Assembly (NCBI GenBank): GCA_963771175.1 | Contig: CAVYSY010000032.1 | Span: forward strand, 512,001-576,000 | Direction of reading: 5' to 3' | DNA length: 64,000 nt | Origin: an uncultured delta proteobacterium | Lineage (GTDB): Bacteria; Myxococcota; Myxococcia; Myxococcales; Myxococcaceae | Position numbers and translations under genes: made by a program | In this document: piece after piece, positions 21,500-32,696 of the stretch | How the letters are laid out: every line of letters starts with the position of its first letter | How positions within the stretch are numbered: the first letter of the stretch is position 1 | Notes under the pieces: model-generated | Seen by the model: only the letters and a program-made list of their open reading frames with translations | Told to the model about the DNA's origin: nothing | The model's database searches: none

Positions 21500-22867
21500 A
21501 TGCGCGCCCTGCTCCTCGCCGCCCTGCTCTCCGCCAACCCACCCCCTCCCCCCGCGCAGGCCCAGAAACTCGCCGCCCAGCGCGCGTGGGAGGACCTCTA
21601 CCTCGCCTACTCCTCCGCGGATCCCAAGGGCTACGAGGCCCCTCAGCGCCGCACCATCGCCGCCTCCCTGCTCAAGGGCTGTGAGGCCCTCGCCGGCTCC
21701 GACGCGGTGATGGCGTACTCGCTCGGCGAGCGCGCCGTGGCCTTCGAGGAGACGGCCGGAGGCCTGCGCTGCCTCGCCCGCACCGCGCTCGCCAGCGACC
21801 AGCGGGGCTCCGCCGAGGAGGCCCTTCGCCAGGGCCTGGAGCACTTCCCCAAGGAGGGCCACTTCGGGCTGGAGCTGGGCCGGCTCCTCCTGGAGGACAA
21901 GGATCCGCGGGGCGCCCTCGAGGTGCTCGGCAAGGTGCCGCCGCGCTCGCCCCAGGCCGCCAAGGCCCGGGCGCTGATGCAGAAGGCCCGCAGCCAGTCC
22001 TCCGAGGAGACCCAGGCCCGCGCCCAGGCCCGCGCCATCGAGCAGCGCTTCACCGGCGAGACCGAGGACAAGGGCAAGGGCTCCGTCCAGTCCGCCTCCG
22101 CCTCCTCCGGCCTCTCCTATGAGTCCGGCGTGAGCGCCGACGGCATGCGTACCCGCGCCAACGGCCGCTTCGTCGTGAAGTACTTCAACAACGAGCGCGA
22201 CTTCGGCCAGCGCGCCGACTACGAGGGCCGCATCGTCTCCGCGCTCGACGAGGCCTACGTCCATACGCGCCAGGTGCTCGGCGAGGCGCGCGAGGCGCCC
22301 GTGGACGTCATCCTCTATACCCGTGAGGAGTTCAGCACCCACCAGGGCTCCGCCCTCTCGCGCATGGTGGCCGGGCTCTACTCGGACGGCGCCATCCGCA
22401 TCAACGACGCCGCCGAGCTCACCCAGCAGACCAAGGCCACCCTCGTCCACGAGTACGTCCACGCCGTGGTGGATGACCTCGTGAACCTCGCCGGGGGCGG
22501 CCAGCAGGTCCCCATCTGGCTCAACGAGGGCCTCGCCGAGTACGTGGAGTGGCGCTACCTGGGCAGCGACAAGCCGCCCCAGGCGCTGGCCGCCCGCATG
22601 CGCGCCGCCGCCCAGGCCGGCCTCCTCCCGAGCCTCTCCTCGATGGCCGGGCAGGCCCTCATCCAGCAGGGCGACCCCGGCATGGCCTACGGCACCTCGG
22701 CCATCGCCGTCCGGGAGCTACTGCGCGATGGAGGGCCCGAGCGGCTGCTCGGTCTCATCCGCGAGGTGGGCCAGGGCACTCCCTTCGAGGAGGCCCTCCA
22801 GCAGCGCTACGGCCGCAGCCTCTCCCAACTGGAAGAAACCGTCACGTCCGCCCTCTCGCGGAGGTAA
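21500..22867 (+). CDS. Secreted TPR plus peptidase MA-like (gluzincin) protein
   Basis: Signal peptide, TPR-like helices, and HEYVH..WLNEGLAEY. Confidence 0.8.
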   Translation: MRALLLAALLSANPPPPPAQAQKLAAQRAWEDLYLAYSSADPKGYEAPQRRTIAASLLKGCEALAGSDAVMAYSLGERAVAFEETAGGLRCLARTALASDQRGSAEEALRQGLEHFPKEGHFGLELGRLLLEDKDPRGALEVLGKVPPRSPQAAKARALMQKARSQSSEETQARAQARAIEQRFTGETEDKGKGSVQSASASSGLSYESGVSADGMRTRANGRFVVKYFNNERDFGQRADYEGRIVSALDEAYVHTRQVLGEAREAPVDVILYTREEFSTHQGSALSRMVAGLYSDGAIRINDAAELTQQTKATLVHEYVHAVVDDLVNLAGGGQQVPIWLNEGLAEYVEWRYLGSDKPPQALAARMRAAAQAGLLPSLSSMAGQALIQQGDPGMAYGTSAIAVRELLRDGGPERLLGLIREVGQGTPFEEALQQRYGRSLSQLEETVTSALSRR

Positions 22868-22994
22868 CGAGCAAGCGGATTCCCCGTCCGCGAAGTTTAC
22901 CCCTCCTCCCGAGTCTCTTAGACTCGCGCGGAAATTTTATTCGTATAGGCGCTGCGACTGGAGCCCCGGACTCGGGTCAGCAGCGAGGTGACGG

Positions 22995-25900
22995 ATGTCG
23001 GACACGCGTGCGGCGATGAGGGAGTTTCGCTTCCTGGATGAGAAGCGGACGCGGGGAATCCTTTCCCCCGCGGAGGAAGCTCGTTGGAGCGAGCTACAGG
23101 GGCTCCTGGCTACCCAGGGTGTGCCCACGCAGGAGTCCGCCGAGGCCATGGACCCCGCGCAGCAGCCCCAGGGCTACTACGGCGCCGATGGTCAGTGGTA
23201 CGCCTACCCCGCCGACTACTCCCAGTCCGGCTACGCCGCGCAGGGCTACGATCCCCACCAGGGCTACGCGCAGCAGCCCCAGGGCTACTACGGCGCCGAT
23301 GGCCAGTGGTACGCCTACCCCGCCCAGGGCGAGGGCGGCTACGACCCCAACCAGGGCTACGCGCAGCAGCCCCAGGGCTACTACGGTGCCGATGGCCAGT
23401 GGTACGCCTACCCCGCCCGGCGAGGGCGGCTACGACCCCAACCAGGCCTACGATCCCAACCAGGCCTACGCGCAGCAGCCCCAGGGCTACTACGGCGCCG
23501 ATGGCCAGTGGTACGCCTACCCCGCCCAGGGCGGCTACGACCCCAACCAGGCCTACGATCCCAACCAGGCCTACGCGGCCACGCAGGGTCAGCCCTACGC
23601 CGATCCGCAGCAGGCCTACGCGGCCGGCTACGCCGAGCAGCAGCCCTACCCGCAGACGACCACGGACGTGCCGCAGCCGGCACAGGAGCCGACCCCGCTC
23701 AGCCTCGAGAACGAGAACCTCGACATCCCCGCGCTGAACGGACCCGCGCCCTGGGCAGAGCCCACGCCGGAGCCCGCCGCGCCCGTCGACGAGGCCCAGC
23801 CCGAGTTCGAAGCCCAGCCCGAGTTCGAAGCCCAGCCCGAGTTCGAAGCCCAGCCCGAGTTCGAGGCCCAGCCCGAGTTCGAAGCCCAGCCCGAGTTCGA
23901 GGCCCAGTCCGAGCTCGAGGCCGAGCCCCTCGACACGGCCGAGCCCGTCGCCGAGGACGTCTTCGAGGTCTCCGACACCGACGTCACACCCGTCAGCGAG
24001 GCCACGCCGATCCCCGAGCGGCTCGAGGAGCCCGAGTCCGTCGACATGACCGGCTGGGAGGACCCCACTCCCGCGCAGGCCGAGTCCCCGGCGGATCTGC
24101 CGATGTTCGAGGCCTCGCCCGAGCCAGAGCCCTCGTCGCCCATCGAACTGGGCGAGGACGACTTCTCCGCACTCAACTCCGACCTGGGGGCTCCCGCTCC
24201 CGCGTCCGCACCGCCCGTGGTCGAGGAGGAGCCCACGACTCCGGTCCGGACCATCGAGGTGCAACCCACCGACATCGAGCTGCTCGAGGGCGCCGTCGAA
24301 GAGCAGCTCACGCCCGAGCCGGTGCTCGCCGAGGAGCCCACCGCTCCCGTCGCCAACGAGTGGGACTCCGCGCCGCTCGCGGTGGACATGGAGTCGAGCA
24401 CCGCCGCGACCCCACCGCCGCATGCCGACGCCGAGACCTCGGAAGTCGCCCTGCTCGATCAGAGCCGGATGGAGATCACCGCGTCGTACGCGCTCCCCGC
24501 GTATCCGACGGGTGACGTCGCCCTGCTCGAAATGGATGTCACGGCGCCTTCCGCCCGGCCCCTGCCTCCCCTGGAGGAGACCGAAGCGGTCGACGAGACA
24601 CCCACGTTCGACGTCTCCGAGCTCGAGGCCACGCCCGAGCTGGAGCCAGCCCCCACGCTGGACATGCCGTGGCAGACCGACGCCGACACGGCGGCGCTCG
24701 ATGCGAGCCCCGCCCTGGAGTCCGCACCGCACGCCGAGCCCAGCCGCGGAGGAGCCCACCTTCGACGTGGCCGACCTCGGTGCCGAGATGGAGCCGACGC
24801 CCGCCCCGGCTTTCGCGGCCCAGGAACACCCGACCACGCTGGAACTGCACCCGGTGCAGGTCGCGCCCGATCTCCAGGCGGACACGATCGAGCTCGCCGA
24901 CACGTACGAGCCCGGGGCCGTGCAGCCCGAGCACAACACCCTGACCTGGGGCAGCAACGAGGTCGTGCCCTCGGGCGAGCAGCCGTTCGACCTGACCGGG
25001 GACTCGGGCGAGCCCGTGCCGCTCGTCAACGCGAACGAGTTCCTGGGCCACGCCGATGAGGCCGGGACGTCCGTGTCCTCCGAGCCCGTCCCGCTCGAGA
25101 CGGCGGATGCCGACGCGAGCTGGAGCGGAAACGAGGGCTCTGGAGAGAGCCTCCAACTCGAGAGCGCCGCGGAGTACATGAGCACTCCGGAGTTCACCTC
25201 CGCCAGCGCCACCTGGGGACACCAGCCGGGGAGCGAAGAGCTCACGGCGGAGACGAACGCCACGCCCGAGAGCACCACGGCGTACGGCGACAGCCAGAGC
25301 GCGGATGCCGAGCTGCCCTCCATCGAGGCCCAGCCCGAGTGGAGCGCGTCGGCCGAGGAGCCGGCGCCCATCGAGGTCCAGGCGGAGTGGACCTCCACCG
25401 AGCCCGCTACCGTAGAGCCATCCGCCGAGGGCCAGACCGACTGGTCCGCACCGGTCGATGAGCAGCCCGTCCTCGAGGCTCAGCCCGAGTGGAGCGCATC
25501 GACCGAGGAGGCGGCGCCCATCGAGGTCCAGGGCGAGTGGTCCACACCGGCCGAGGAGCAGCCTGTTGCCGAGGCTCAGCCCGAGTGGGCCACTCCCGCC
25601 GAGGGCCAGACCGATTGGTCCGCACCGGTCGAGGAGCAGCCCGTCCTCGAGGCTCAGCCCGAGTGGAGCGCATCGACCGAGGAGGCAGCGCCCATCGAGG
25701 TCCAGGGCGAGTGGTCCACACCGGCCGAGGAGCAGCCCGTTGCCGAGGCCCAGCCCGAGTGGGCCACTCCCGCCGAGGAGCAGCCTGTCCTCGAGGCACA
25801 GGCCGAGTGGTCCACACCGGCCGAGGAGCAGCCCGTCCTCGAGGCTCAGGCCGAGTGGGCCACTCCCGCCGAGGAGCAGCCTGTTGCCGAGGCTCAGACC

Positions 25901-28246
25901 GAGTGGGCCACTCCCACCGAGGGACAGACCGACTGGTCCGCACCGGTCGAGGAGCAGCCCGTCCTCGAGGCTCAGCCCGAGTGGGCCACTCCCGTCGAGG
26001 AGCAGCCCGTTGCCGAGGCCCAGCCGGAGTGGGCCACTCCCGCCGAGGAGCAGCCTGTTGCCGAGGCTCAGCCCGAGTGGGCCACTCCCGCCGAGGGCCA
26101 GACCGACTGGTCCGCACCGGTCGAGGAGCAGCCCGTCCTCGAGGCTCAGCCCGAGTGGGCTTCTCCCGCCGAGGAGCAGCCTGCTGTTGAGGCCCAGTCC
26201 GAGTGGGCCACTCCCGCCGAGGGCCAGACCGACTGGTCCGCTCCCGCCGAGGAGCAGCCTGTCCTCGAGGCGCAGACTGAGTGGGCCACTCCCGCCGAGG
26301 AGCAGCCTGCTGTTGAGGCGCAGCCAGAGTGGGCCACTCCCGCTGAGGTCCAGGGCGAGTGGTCCACACCGGCCGAGGAGCAGCCCGTCCTCGAGGCTCA
26401 GGCCGAGTGGACCACTCCCGCCGAGGAGCAGCCTGTTGCCGAGGCTCAGGCCGAGTGGACCACTCCCGCCGAGGGACAGACCGACTGGTCCGCACCGGTC
26501 GAGGAGCAGCCCATCCTCGAGGCTCAGCCCGAGTGGAGCGCATCGACCGAGGAGGCAGCGCCCATCGAGGTCCAGGGCGAGTGGTCCACACCGGCCGAGG
26601 AGCAGCCTGTTGCCGAGGTCCAGCCCGAGTGGGCCACTCCCGCCGAGGAGCAGCCTGTCCTCGAGGCACAGCCCGAGTGGACCACTCCCGCCGAGGAGCA
26701 GCCCGTTGCCGCGGCCCAGCCCGAGTGGGCCACTCCCGCCGAGGAGCAGCCTGTCCTCGAGGCTCAGCCCGAGTGGGCCACTCCCGCCGAGGAGCAGCCC
26801 GTCCTCGAGGCTCAGCCCGAGTGGGCCTCTCCCGCCGAGGAGCAGCCTGCTGTTGAGGCCCAGTCCGAGTGGGCCACTCCCGCCGAGGGACAGACCGACT
26901 GGTCCGCTCCCGCCGAGCAGCCCGTTGCCGAGGCCCAGCCCGAGTGGGCCGCTCCCGTCGAGGAGCAGCCCGTTGCCGAGGCCCAGCCCGAGTGGGCCTC
27001 TCCCGCCGAGGGGCAGACCGACTGGTCCGCTCCCGCCGAGCAGCAGCCCTGGATGGCCGCCGCCGAGCCGTCGGCCCCCGTCGAGCTCCAGCCCGAGTGG
27101 GCGTCCGAGAGCTCCACGCAGGACTGGAACGCCGCTCCGGCAGCTGAGCCCCAGACGGACTGGAACGCTCCCGCCGAGGCCCAGCCCGAGTGGAACGCGC
27201 CCGTCGAGGAGGTGCAGCCCGAGTGGGCCAGCGCGCCCGCGGAGACGAATTGGAACGCGCCCACCGAGAGCCAGGGTGAGTGGAACGCGACGGCCCAAGA
27301 CGCCGAGCCGCCCCTGAGCCCCGATACGAACGCGTCCCTGTTCGGCACGAGTCCGACCTGGTCGGCCGAGGAGTCGGAGGCCGGTGCGCAGGAGCAGTGG
27401 TCCGGCCAGCAGCAGGCGCCGGCGTGGGGTCAGGGCGACGGCGCGTACGGCACGCCCGTCGAGGAGCTCTCGGGCTCCGAGCAGACTCCCGAGGCCGACC
27501 TCCCGGTCATGGAGGCCGAGCCCGAGATGCCCGAGATCGACCTGGGCGAGCCCGAGGCCGACCTCCCGGTCATGGAGGCCGAGCCCGAGATGCCCGAGAT
27601 CGATCTCTCGGAGGACATCGTGGAGTCGCCCCCCGTGGCGGCTCCGGTGGCCCCCGCGCCGGTGGCCAGGACCGCGGCCCCCGCGATGCCTCCGCGGGCT
27701 CCCTCGGTCCCGGCGATGCCCCCGCCCCCGCCCATGGCGCCTCCGGCTCCCGTGGCGGCTCCGAGGGCGGCACTCGTGCCTGGGGCGCCTCCGCCTCGGT
27801 CCACGCTCCAAGCCATCCCGACGGTGCAGGCCTCGGCACAGTCGGCGTCCGCCGTGCCCATGGCCCCCATCAACGCCTTCATCGAGGGCGAGCACCGGGT
27901 CATCATCCACACGGTGGAGGGCCAGGTGAAGCGCGGTGCCATCCGCGACGTGGACCTGCTCGACGAGGCCATCCCGCTCGAGCAGCAGACCGGCTTCGCC
28001 CCCGAGCACATCCCGGTCACGCGCGTGAAGGCCATCTTCTTCATGCTCGCCACCGGCAGCCGTCCGCCGCAGCCGGAGGGGCAGAAGATCCGCGTCACCT
28101 TCAATGACGGTCGCCAGGTGGCCGGCTTCTCCCACGACTACAAGAACACCGGGCAGGGCTTCTTCGTCATCCCCGCGGACACGCGCACCAACACCTCGCG
28201 CATCTTCATCTACCGCGCGAGCGTGCAGGCCGTCGCCGAGGGCTGA
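22995..28246 (+). CDS. Giant acidic tandem-repeat protein with C-terminal DUF6982-like domain (frameshifts near 23418 and 24745)
   Basis: Continuous coding signal across three ORFs. Folded ends are MREFRFLDEKR.. and EGEHRVIIHTVEGQVKRG..RIFIYR. Confidence 0.8.
23160..23575 (+). repeat. Four QQPQGYYGADGQWYAYP repeats with YDPNQ spacers
   Basis: Direct repeats visible in both DNA and protein. Confidence 0.9.
23791..23916 (+). repeat. 18-bp VNTR encoding EAQPEF x6 plus one degenerate copy
   Basis: GA(G/A)GCCCAGCCCGAGTTC in tandem. Confidence 0.92.
25320..27295 (+). repeat. Mosaic coding array of EEQPV(L/A)EAQPEWATPA (48 bp) and EGQTDWSAP units
   Basis: Dozens of Trp-anchored acidic units. Confidence 0.92.
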
Positions 28247-28271
28247 GCCACCCCGCCCAAGCCCGTGAATG

Positions 28272-28306
28272 AACGAGGGGCCTCGTCACCGAGGCCCCTC
28301 GTTTTG
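28272..28306 (+). terminator. Intrinsic terminator
   Basis: AACGAGGGGCCTCG-TCAC-CGAGGCCCCTCGTT followed by TT. Confidence 0.75.
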
Positions 28307-28439
28307 CTTGTTGAGCCACACGTGCAGGTCGCGGAGGTCCGGCTGCGTCGGATCGTTCACAACTGCCGGCGAACGCTCGGGTCCGCACGTGGAAGTCCCT
28401 CGAGGAGAACGGCAGCCTGTCCGAACGGGTGCTGCCGCA

Positions 28440-29012
28440 ATGGTGATCTCCTCTACGTCTGCGTATCTCATCTTCCTCGGACTGATCCTCGTCGAGCGGC
28501 TCTTCGAGCTGGTCGTCTCCAAGCGCAACGCCCGCCGGGCGCTGGAGCAGGGAGGCCGGGAGGTCGGTCAGGGGCACTACAAGGTGATGACGCTCTTCCA
28601 CACGGCCTTCCTCCTGGCCTGTGTGGGCGAGGTCCTCTACTTCCAGCGCGCCTTCCCGGGCCTGCTGGGGTGGCTCAGCCTGGCCGGAGCCGTGGCCGCC
28701 CAGTTGCTGCGCTACTGGGCCATCTCCACGCTCGGCGAGCGCTGGAACACGCGCATCATCTTCGTCCCCGGGGCCACGCCGGTGACGCAGGGTCCCTACC
28801 GCTTCGTGCGCCATCCCAACTACGTCGCGGTCATCATGGAGATGGTGTTCATCCCGCTCATCCATGGTGGGTACCTGACGGCCCTCCTCTTCACCCTGGG
28901 CAACGCGGCGCTGCTCTTCGTCCGCATCCGCGCCGAGGAGGCCGCGCTCGGTGCCGAGTACCAGCGGGCTTTCGGCGAGCGGCCCCGCTTCATCCCTGGA
29001 GGCCCCCAATGA
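28440..29012 (+). CDS. Isoprenylcysteine carboxyl methyltransferase family (SrsB/BpsB-like O-methyltransferase)
   Basis: ERLFELVVSKRN, LGERWNTRI, GPYRFVRHPNY and RIRAEE motifs. Confidence 0.85.
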   Translation: MVISSTSAYLIFLGLILVERLFELVVSKRNARRALEQGGREVGQGHYKVMTLFHTAFLLACVGEVLYFQRAFPGLLGWLSLAGAVAAQLLRYWAISTLGERWNTRIIFVPGATPVTQGPYRFVRHPNYVAVIMEMVFIPLIHGGYLTALLFTLGNAALLFVRIRAEEAALGAEYQRAFGERPRFIPGGPQ

Positions 29013-30118
29013 CGGACGTGGCAGTGGTGGGAGGAGGGCCCGCGGGGCTGGCGGTGGCCATCCACGCCGCGCGCCGTGGGCTCTCCACGGTCCTCTTCGA
29101 GCGACAGTCCCTGCCGATGGACAAGGCCTGTGGTGAGGGCCTGATGCCAGCGGGGTTGCGCGAGCTCGAGGCCCTCGGAGCCCGTGAGTACCTCTCCCCG
29201 GAGGACTGCGCTCCCATCGTGGGCATCCGCTACCTCCAGGAGGACGGCACGGCGGTCGAGGGTCGCCTGCCGCCCCCGGGAGGCCTCGGCATCCGCCGGC
29301 TCGCGCTGTCGCACGCGCTGGAGAAGGTGGCTCGGAAGAACGAGGTGGAGCTCCGGGAGCGCAGTCAGGTGACCCAGGTGGAGCGCACCCCCGAGCGCGT
29401 CCTCTTGACGACCGCCGCCGGCGAGCAGTTGGAGGCCCACCTCCTGGTGGCCGCGGATGGGCTGGCCTCGCCGTTGCGACGCGCCCAGGGGCTGGAGCAG
29501 GGGCCCGAGCATCCTCCCTCGGGCTCACGGCGCTACGGCCTGCGCCAGCACTTCCGCATCCGCCCCTGGACGGAGTTCGTCGAGGTCCACTTCGCCCGGG
29601 GCGTGGAGGCCTACATCACCCCTGCGGGCTCGGAGCGCGTCGGCGTGGCCTTCCTGTGGGATGACGGAGGGATGGAGGGCCGCGTCTCCTTCCAGAACCT
29701 CCTGGCGCGCTTCCCGGTGCTGCGGTCCCGGCTCGAGGGGGCTCCCGAGGACTCCAAGCCGCGTGGCTCGGGGCCACTGCTGCGCTCCGTCCGCTCCCGG
29801 GTGCTGGATCGCTTCGTGCTGGTGGGAGACGCCGCGGGGTACGTGGATGCCATCACCGGCGAGGGGCTGACGCTGGCCTTCCGCTCCGCGGCCGCGTTGG
29901 GGACGCTGCTGCCGGACGTGCTCGCCCGCGGGGCGACGCGCGAGTCCCTCGTCGCCTACGAGCGCGCCATCCAGCCCTTCTACCGCCGCTATGTGTTCTT
30001 CACCCAGACGCTGCTCGCCGTGGCGCGCCGCCCCTGGCTGCGGACCCGGCTCATCCGACAGCTGGCCCATGCCCCGGCCCTGTTCGAGAAGACGGTGAAC
30101 CTGGTCATCGAACCGTGA
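29009..30118 (+). CDS. FAD-dependent monooxygenase/oxidoreductase
   Basis: DVAVVGGGPAG, DKACGEG, AADG and LVGDAAGYVDAITGEG motifs. ATGA overlap with the upstream gene. Confidence 0.85.
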   Translation: MTDVAVVGGGPAGLAVAIHAARRGLSTVLFERQSLPMDKACGEGLMPAGLRELEALGAREYLSPEDCAPIVGIRYLQEDGTAVEGRLPPPGGLGIRRLALSHALEKVARKNEVELRERSQVTQVERTPERVLLTTAAGEQLEAHLLVAADGLASPLRRAQGLEQGPEHPPSGSRRYGLRQHFRIRPWTEFVEVHFARGVEAYITPAGSERVGVAFLWDDGGMEGRVSFQNLLARFPVLRSRLEGAPEDSKPRGSGPLLRSVRSRVLDRFVLVGDAAGYVDAITGEGLTLAFRSAAALGTLLPDVLARGATRESLVAYERAIQPFYRRYVFFTQTLLAVARRPWLRTRLIRQLAHAPALFEKTVNLVIEP

Positions 30119-30137
30119 GGGACCGCCCCAAATGAAA

Positions 30138-30163
30138 GAGGGGCCCCGGTACCGAGGCCCCTC
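30138..30163. terminator. Hairpin terminator between convergent genes
   Basis: GAGGGGCC..GGCCCCTC, with a T-rich tail on the minus strand. Confidence 0.65.
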
Positions 30164-30192
30164 CGGACTACCGCCCTGTCCTGCTCAGGCGA

Positions 30193-30844
30193 TTACTTGC
30201 TGTCCTTCGCCGCCTTGGCCGGGGCCGCCTTGGCCGGAGCCGCCGCCGCCGGGGCCTGCTTCTTGTTCAGCTCCAGGTCGAGGGTGATGGAGACCTCCTC
30301 GCCCACCACCACGCCGCCGGCCTCCAGGGCCTTGTTCCAGCCCAGGCCGAAGTCCTTGCGGTTGATCTTCGTGGTGGCCACGCCGCCGCGCTTGGTGTTG
30401 CCCCAGGGGTCCTTCGCCTCGGCGGTGGAGCCATCCACGTCCAGCACCACCGGCTTGGTCACGCCGTGCATGGTGAGGTCGCCCGTCACCTTGAGGTTGG
30501 AGCCGGCCTTCTCCACCTTCGTCGACTTGAAGGTGATGGTGGGGTACTTCGCGGTGTCGAAGAAGTCCGGGCTGCGCAGGTGCTCGTCGCGCTTGGGCTC
30601 GTTGGTGTTGATGGAGGTGGCGTCGATGGTGGCCTCGACGGTGGACTTGGTCATGTCCTTCTCGTCGATGGTGGCCGAGCCAGTCAGCTTGCCGAAGTGC
30701 GCCGCGCACGTTCGACACCATCATGTGCTTCACGGTGAACTGCGCGCCCGAGTGGGCCGAGTCGATGACGTAATCGGCGGCGAACGCGAAGGAGGGGGCG
30801 GCGAGCACGAGGGCGGCGACGGCGGGCTTCAGGGACAGCTTCAT
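30193..30844 (-). CDS. yceI: YceI-family periplasmic polyisoprenoid-binding protein (frameshift near 30700)
   Basis: Signal peptide, IDSAHS..FTVKHM, RDEHLRSPDFFD, GDLTMHGVTK and RKDFG motifs. Confidence 0.88.
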
Positions 30845-30925
30845 GGTGTTTCTCTCCAATGGGTGACTGCGTACCGCGGGTTTCATCCACGCAGCGCGAA
30901 GCCGCGTATCTTGGGGATGCTTCAT

Positions 30926-30941
30926 AGCAACCCCCGGGCCA
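30926..30941 (-). promoter_or_regulatory. Sigma54 -24/-12 promoter for yceI
   Basis: Minus strand reads TGGCCCG-GGGG-TTGCT against consensus TGGCACG-N4-TTGCW. Confidence 0.75.
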
Positions 30942-31003
30942 CCCGGCCACCCATTCCAACACCCTGGAATCACTAGAATTTTCCACTTTCGCTCGCACGG
31001 AAA

Positions 31004-31039
31004 CTCTCAAAACGATAGAGAATACGCTCATCTTGAGAG
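31004..31039. promoter_or_regulatory. Candidate tandem UAS for the adjacent enhancer-binding protein
   Basis: CTCTCAAAACGATAG and CGCTCATCTTGAGAG, two imperfect 15-bp palindromes 21 bp apart. Confidence 0.55.
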
Positions 31040-31048
31040 GGAGGAGCC

Positions 31049-32692
31049 ATGGCGCCGAGACTGGAACTGGACCTGAGGGAGCTGCTGTCCTTCGAGCCGA
31101 ACGGGGGGCTCATCCACTTCGCGGGCCAGCGGGTGCTGCTGTTGGACCCGGTGGTGCTGGGGCTGCTGCGCAAGGAGCTCATCTCCACGGTGGGGCTGAT
31201 GGCGACGCGAGGCATCTTCACCCGGCTGGGCTTCGCGCACGGCTGGCGCACGGCGGAGACGATGAAGAACGCCTTCCCCTGGGAGGACGAGGCGCAGTGG
31301 CGCCGGGCGGGCGGGACGGCTGCACACGCTGCAGGGACAGGTGGTGATGGAGCGGGTGGAGCGGGGCGCCGAGGAGGGACCGGAGCCCTTCGCGGAGGCG
31401 CTCTGGCACGACTCGTACGAGGCGGAGCAGCACCTGCTGCAACTGGGCAAGGCGGAGGAGCCGGTGTGCTGGTCGCTCACGGGCTTCGCCAGCGGCTACA
31501 TGAGCTACTGCAACAACAAGCCCGTGTACTGCATCGAGACGCGCTGCGTGGGGAAGGGAGACCCGGTGCTGCCAGATTCTCGGCAAACCGGAGGAGGAGT
31601 GGAGCCCCGAGTGCCGCGAGTCGCTGCGCTTCTACGAGACGCAGTGCATGGAGGGGGCGCTGGCGCAGGTGACGGACGCGCTCAAGCAGGCCGAGCGCAA
31701 GCTGCGGACGAAGCGCCAGACGCTGGCGCGGGTGTCGGGCGTGCCGGAGGACCCCGCGGGCATGGTGGCGCGCACCGAGGCCATGCTGCAGGTGCTGAAC
31801 CTGGCGCGCCGGGCGGCGAAGGTGGACTCCACGGTGCTCATCACCGGAGAGAGCGGCGTGGGCAAGGAGCGGATTGCCCGGCTCATCCACGAGGAGTCGA
31901 GCCGGGAGCACAAGGCCTTCGTGGCGGTGAACTGCGCGGCGGTGACGGAGAGCCTGCTGGAGAGCGAGCTGTTCGGCCACGCGCAAGGGGTCCTTCACGG
32001 GGGCCACGCATGACCGGCCGGGCCTCTTCGAGGCGGCGCACGGAGGCACGCTCTTCCTGGACGAGGTGGGCGAGGTGCCCGCGTCGATGCAGGCCAAGCT
32101 GCTGCGCGTGCTGCAGGAGAAGGAGGTGCGGCGCGTGGGGGAGAACCAGAGCCGCAAGGTGGACGTGCGGGTGGTGGCGGCCACCAACCGCAACCTCGCG
32201 GCCGAGGTGGTGGCGGGCCGCTTCCGGCAGGACCTCTACTACCGCCTGCGGGTGATCGAATTGCGGGTGCCACCGCTGCGCGAGCGGCGCGACGACATCC
32301 TCCCGCTGGCGCGGCTACTGCTGGCGGAGGCGACGGAGCGGCTGGGGCGCCGGGTGTCGGGGCTGTCACCGGACGCAGCGGACCAACTGCTGCGCTATTC
32401 GTGGCCGGGCAACGTGCGCGAGCTGGGCAATGCCATCGAGCGCGCGGTGGCGCTGTGCGAGGGCTCGCGGGTGGAGCGGGACGACCTGCCGGAGGAGGTG
32501 CGCGCGGCCCCCCCGAGCCTGCTGCCGGGGGACTCGCCGCGCACGCTGGAGGCGATGGAGCGCGAGTACATCCTCGCGGTGCTGGCGCGCAACGGAGGCA
32601 ACCGGGCGCGCACCGCGGAGCAGCTCGCCATCGGCGTCGCCACGCTCTACCGCAAGCTGAAGCAGTACGGAGAGGCGGAGCACCCCAACTGA
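31049..32692 (+). CDS. Sigma54-dependent activator, XylR/DmpR type (XylR-N, V4R, AAA+, Fis HTH), with about 3 frameshifts
   Basis: [54 protein letters not shown] and TLYRKL motifs. Confidence 0.88.
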
Positions 32693-32696
32693 GCGG

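Noticed and set aside
20867..22867. 666-aa ORF as a single protein
   Set aside because: An indel near 21417 appears to fuse the upstream gene to a separate signal-peptide-bearing peptidase starting at 21500.
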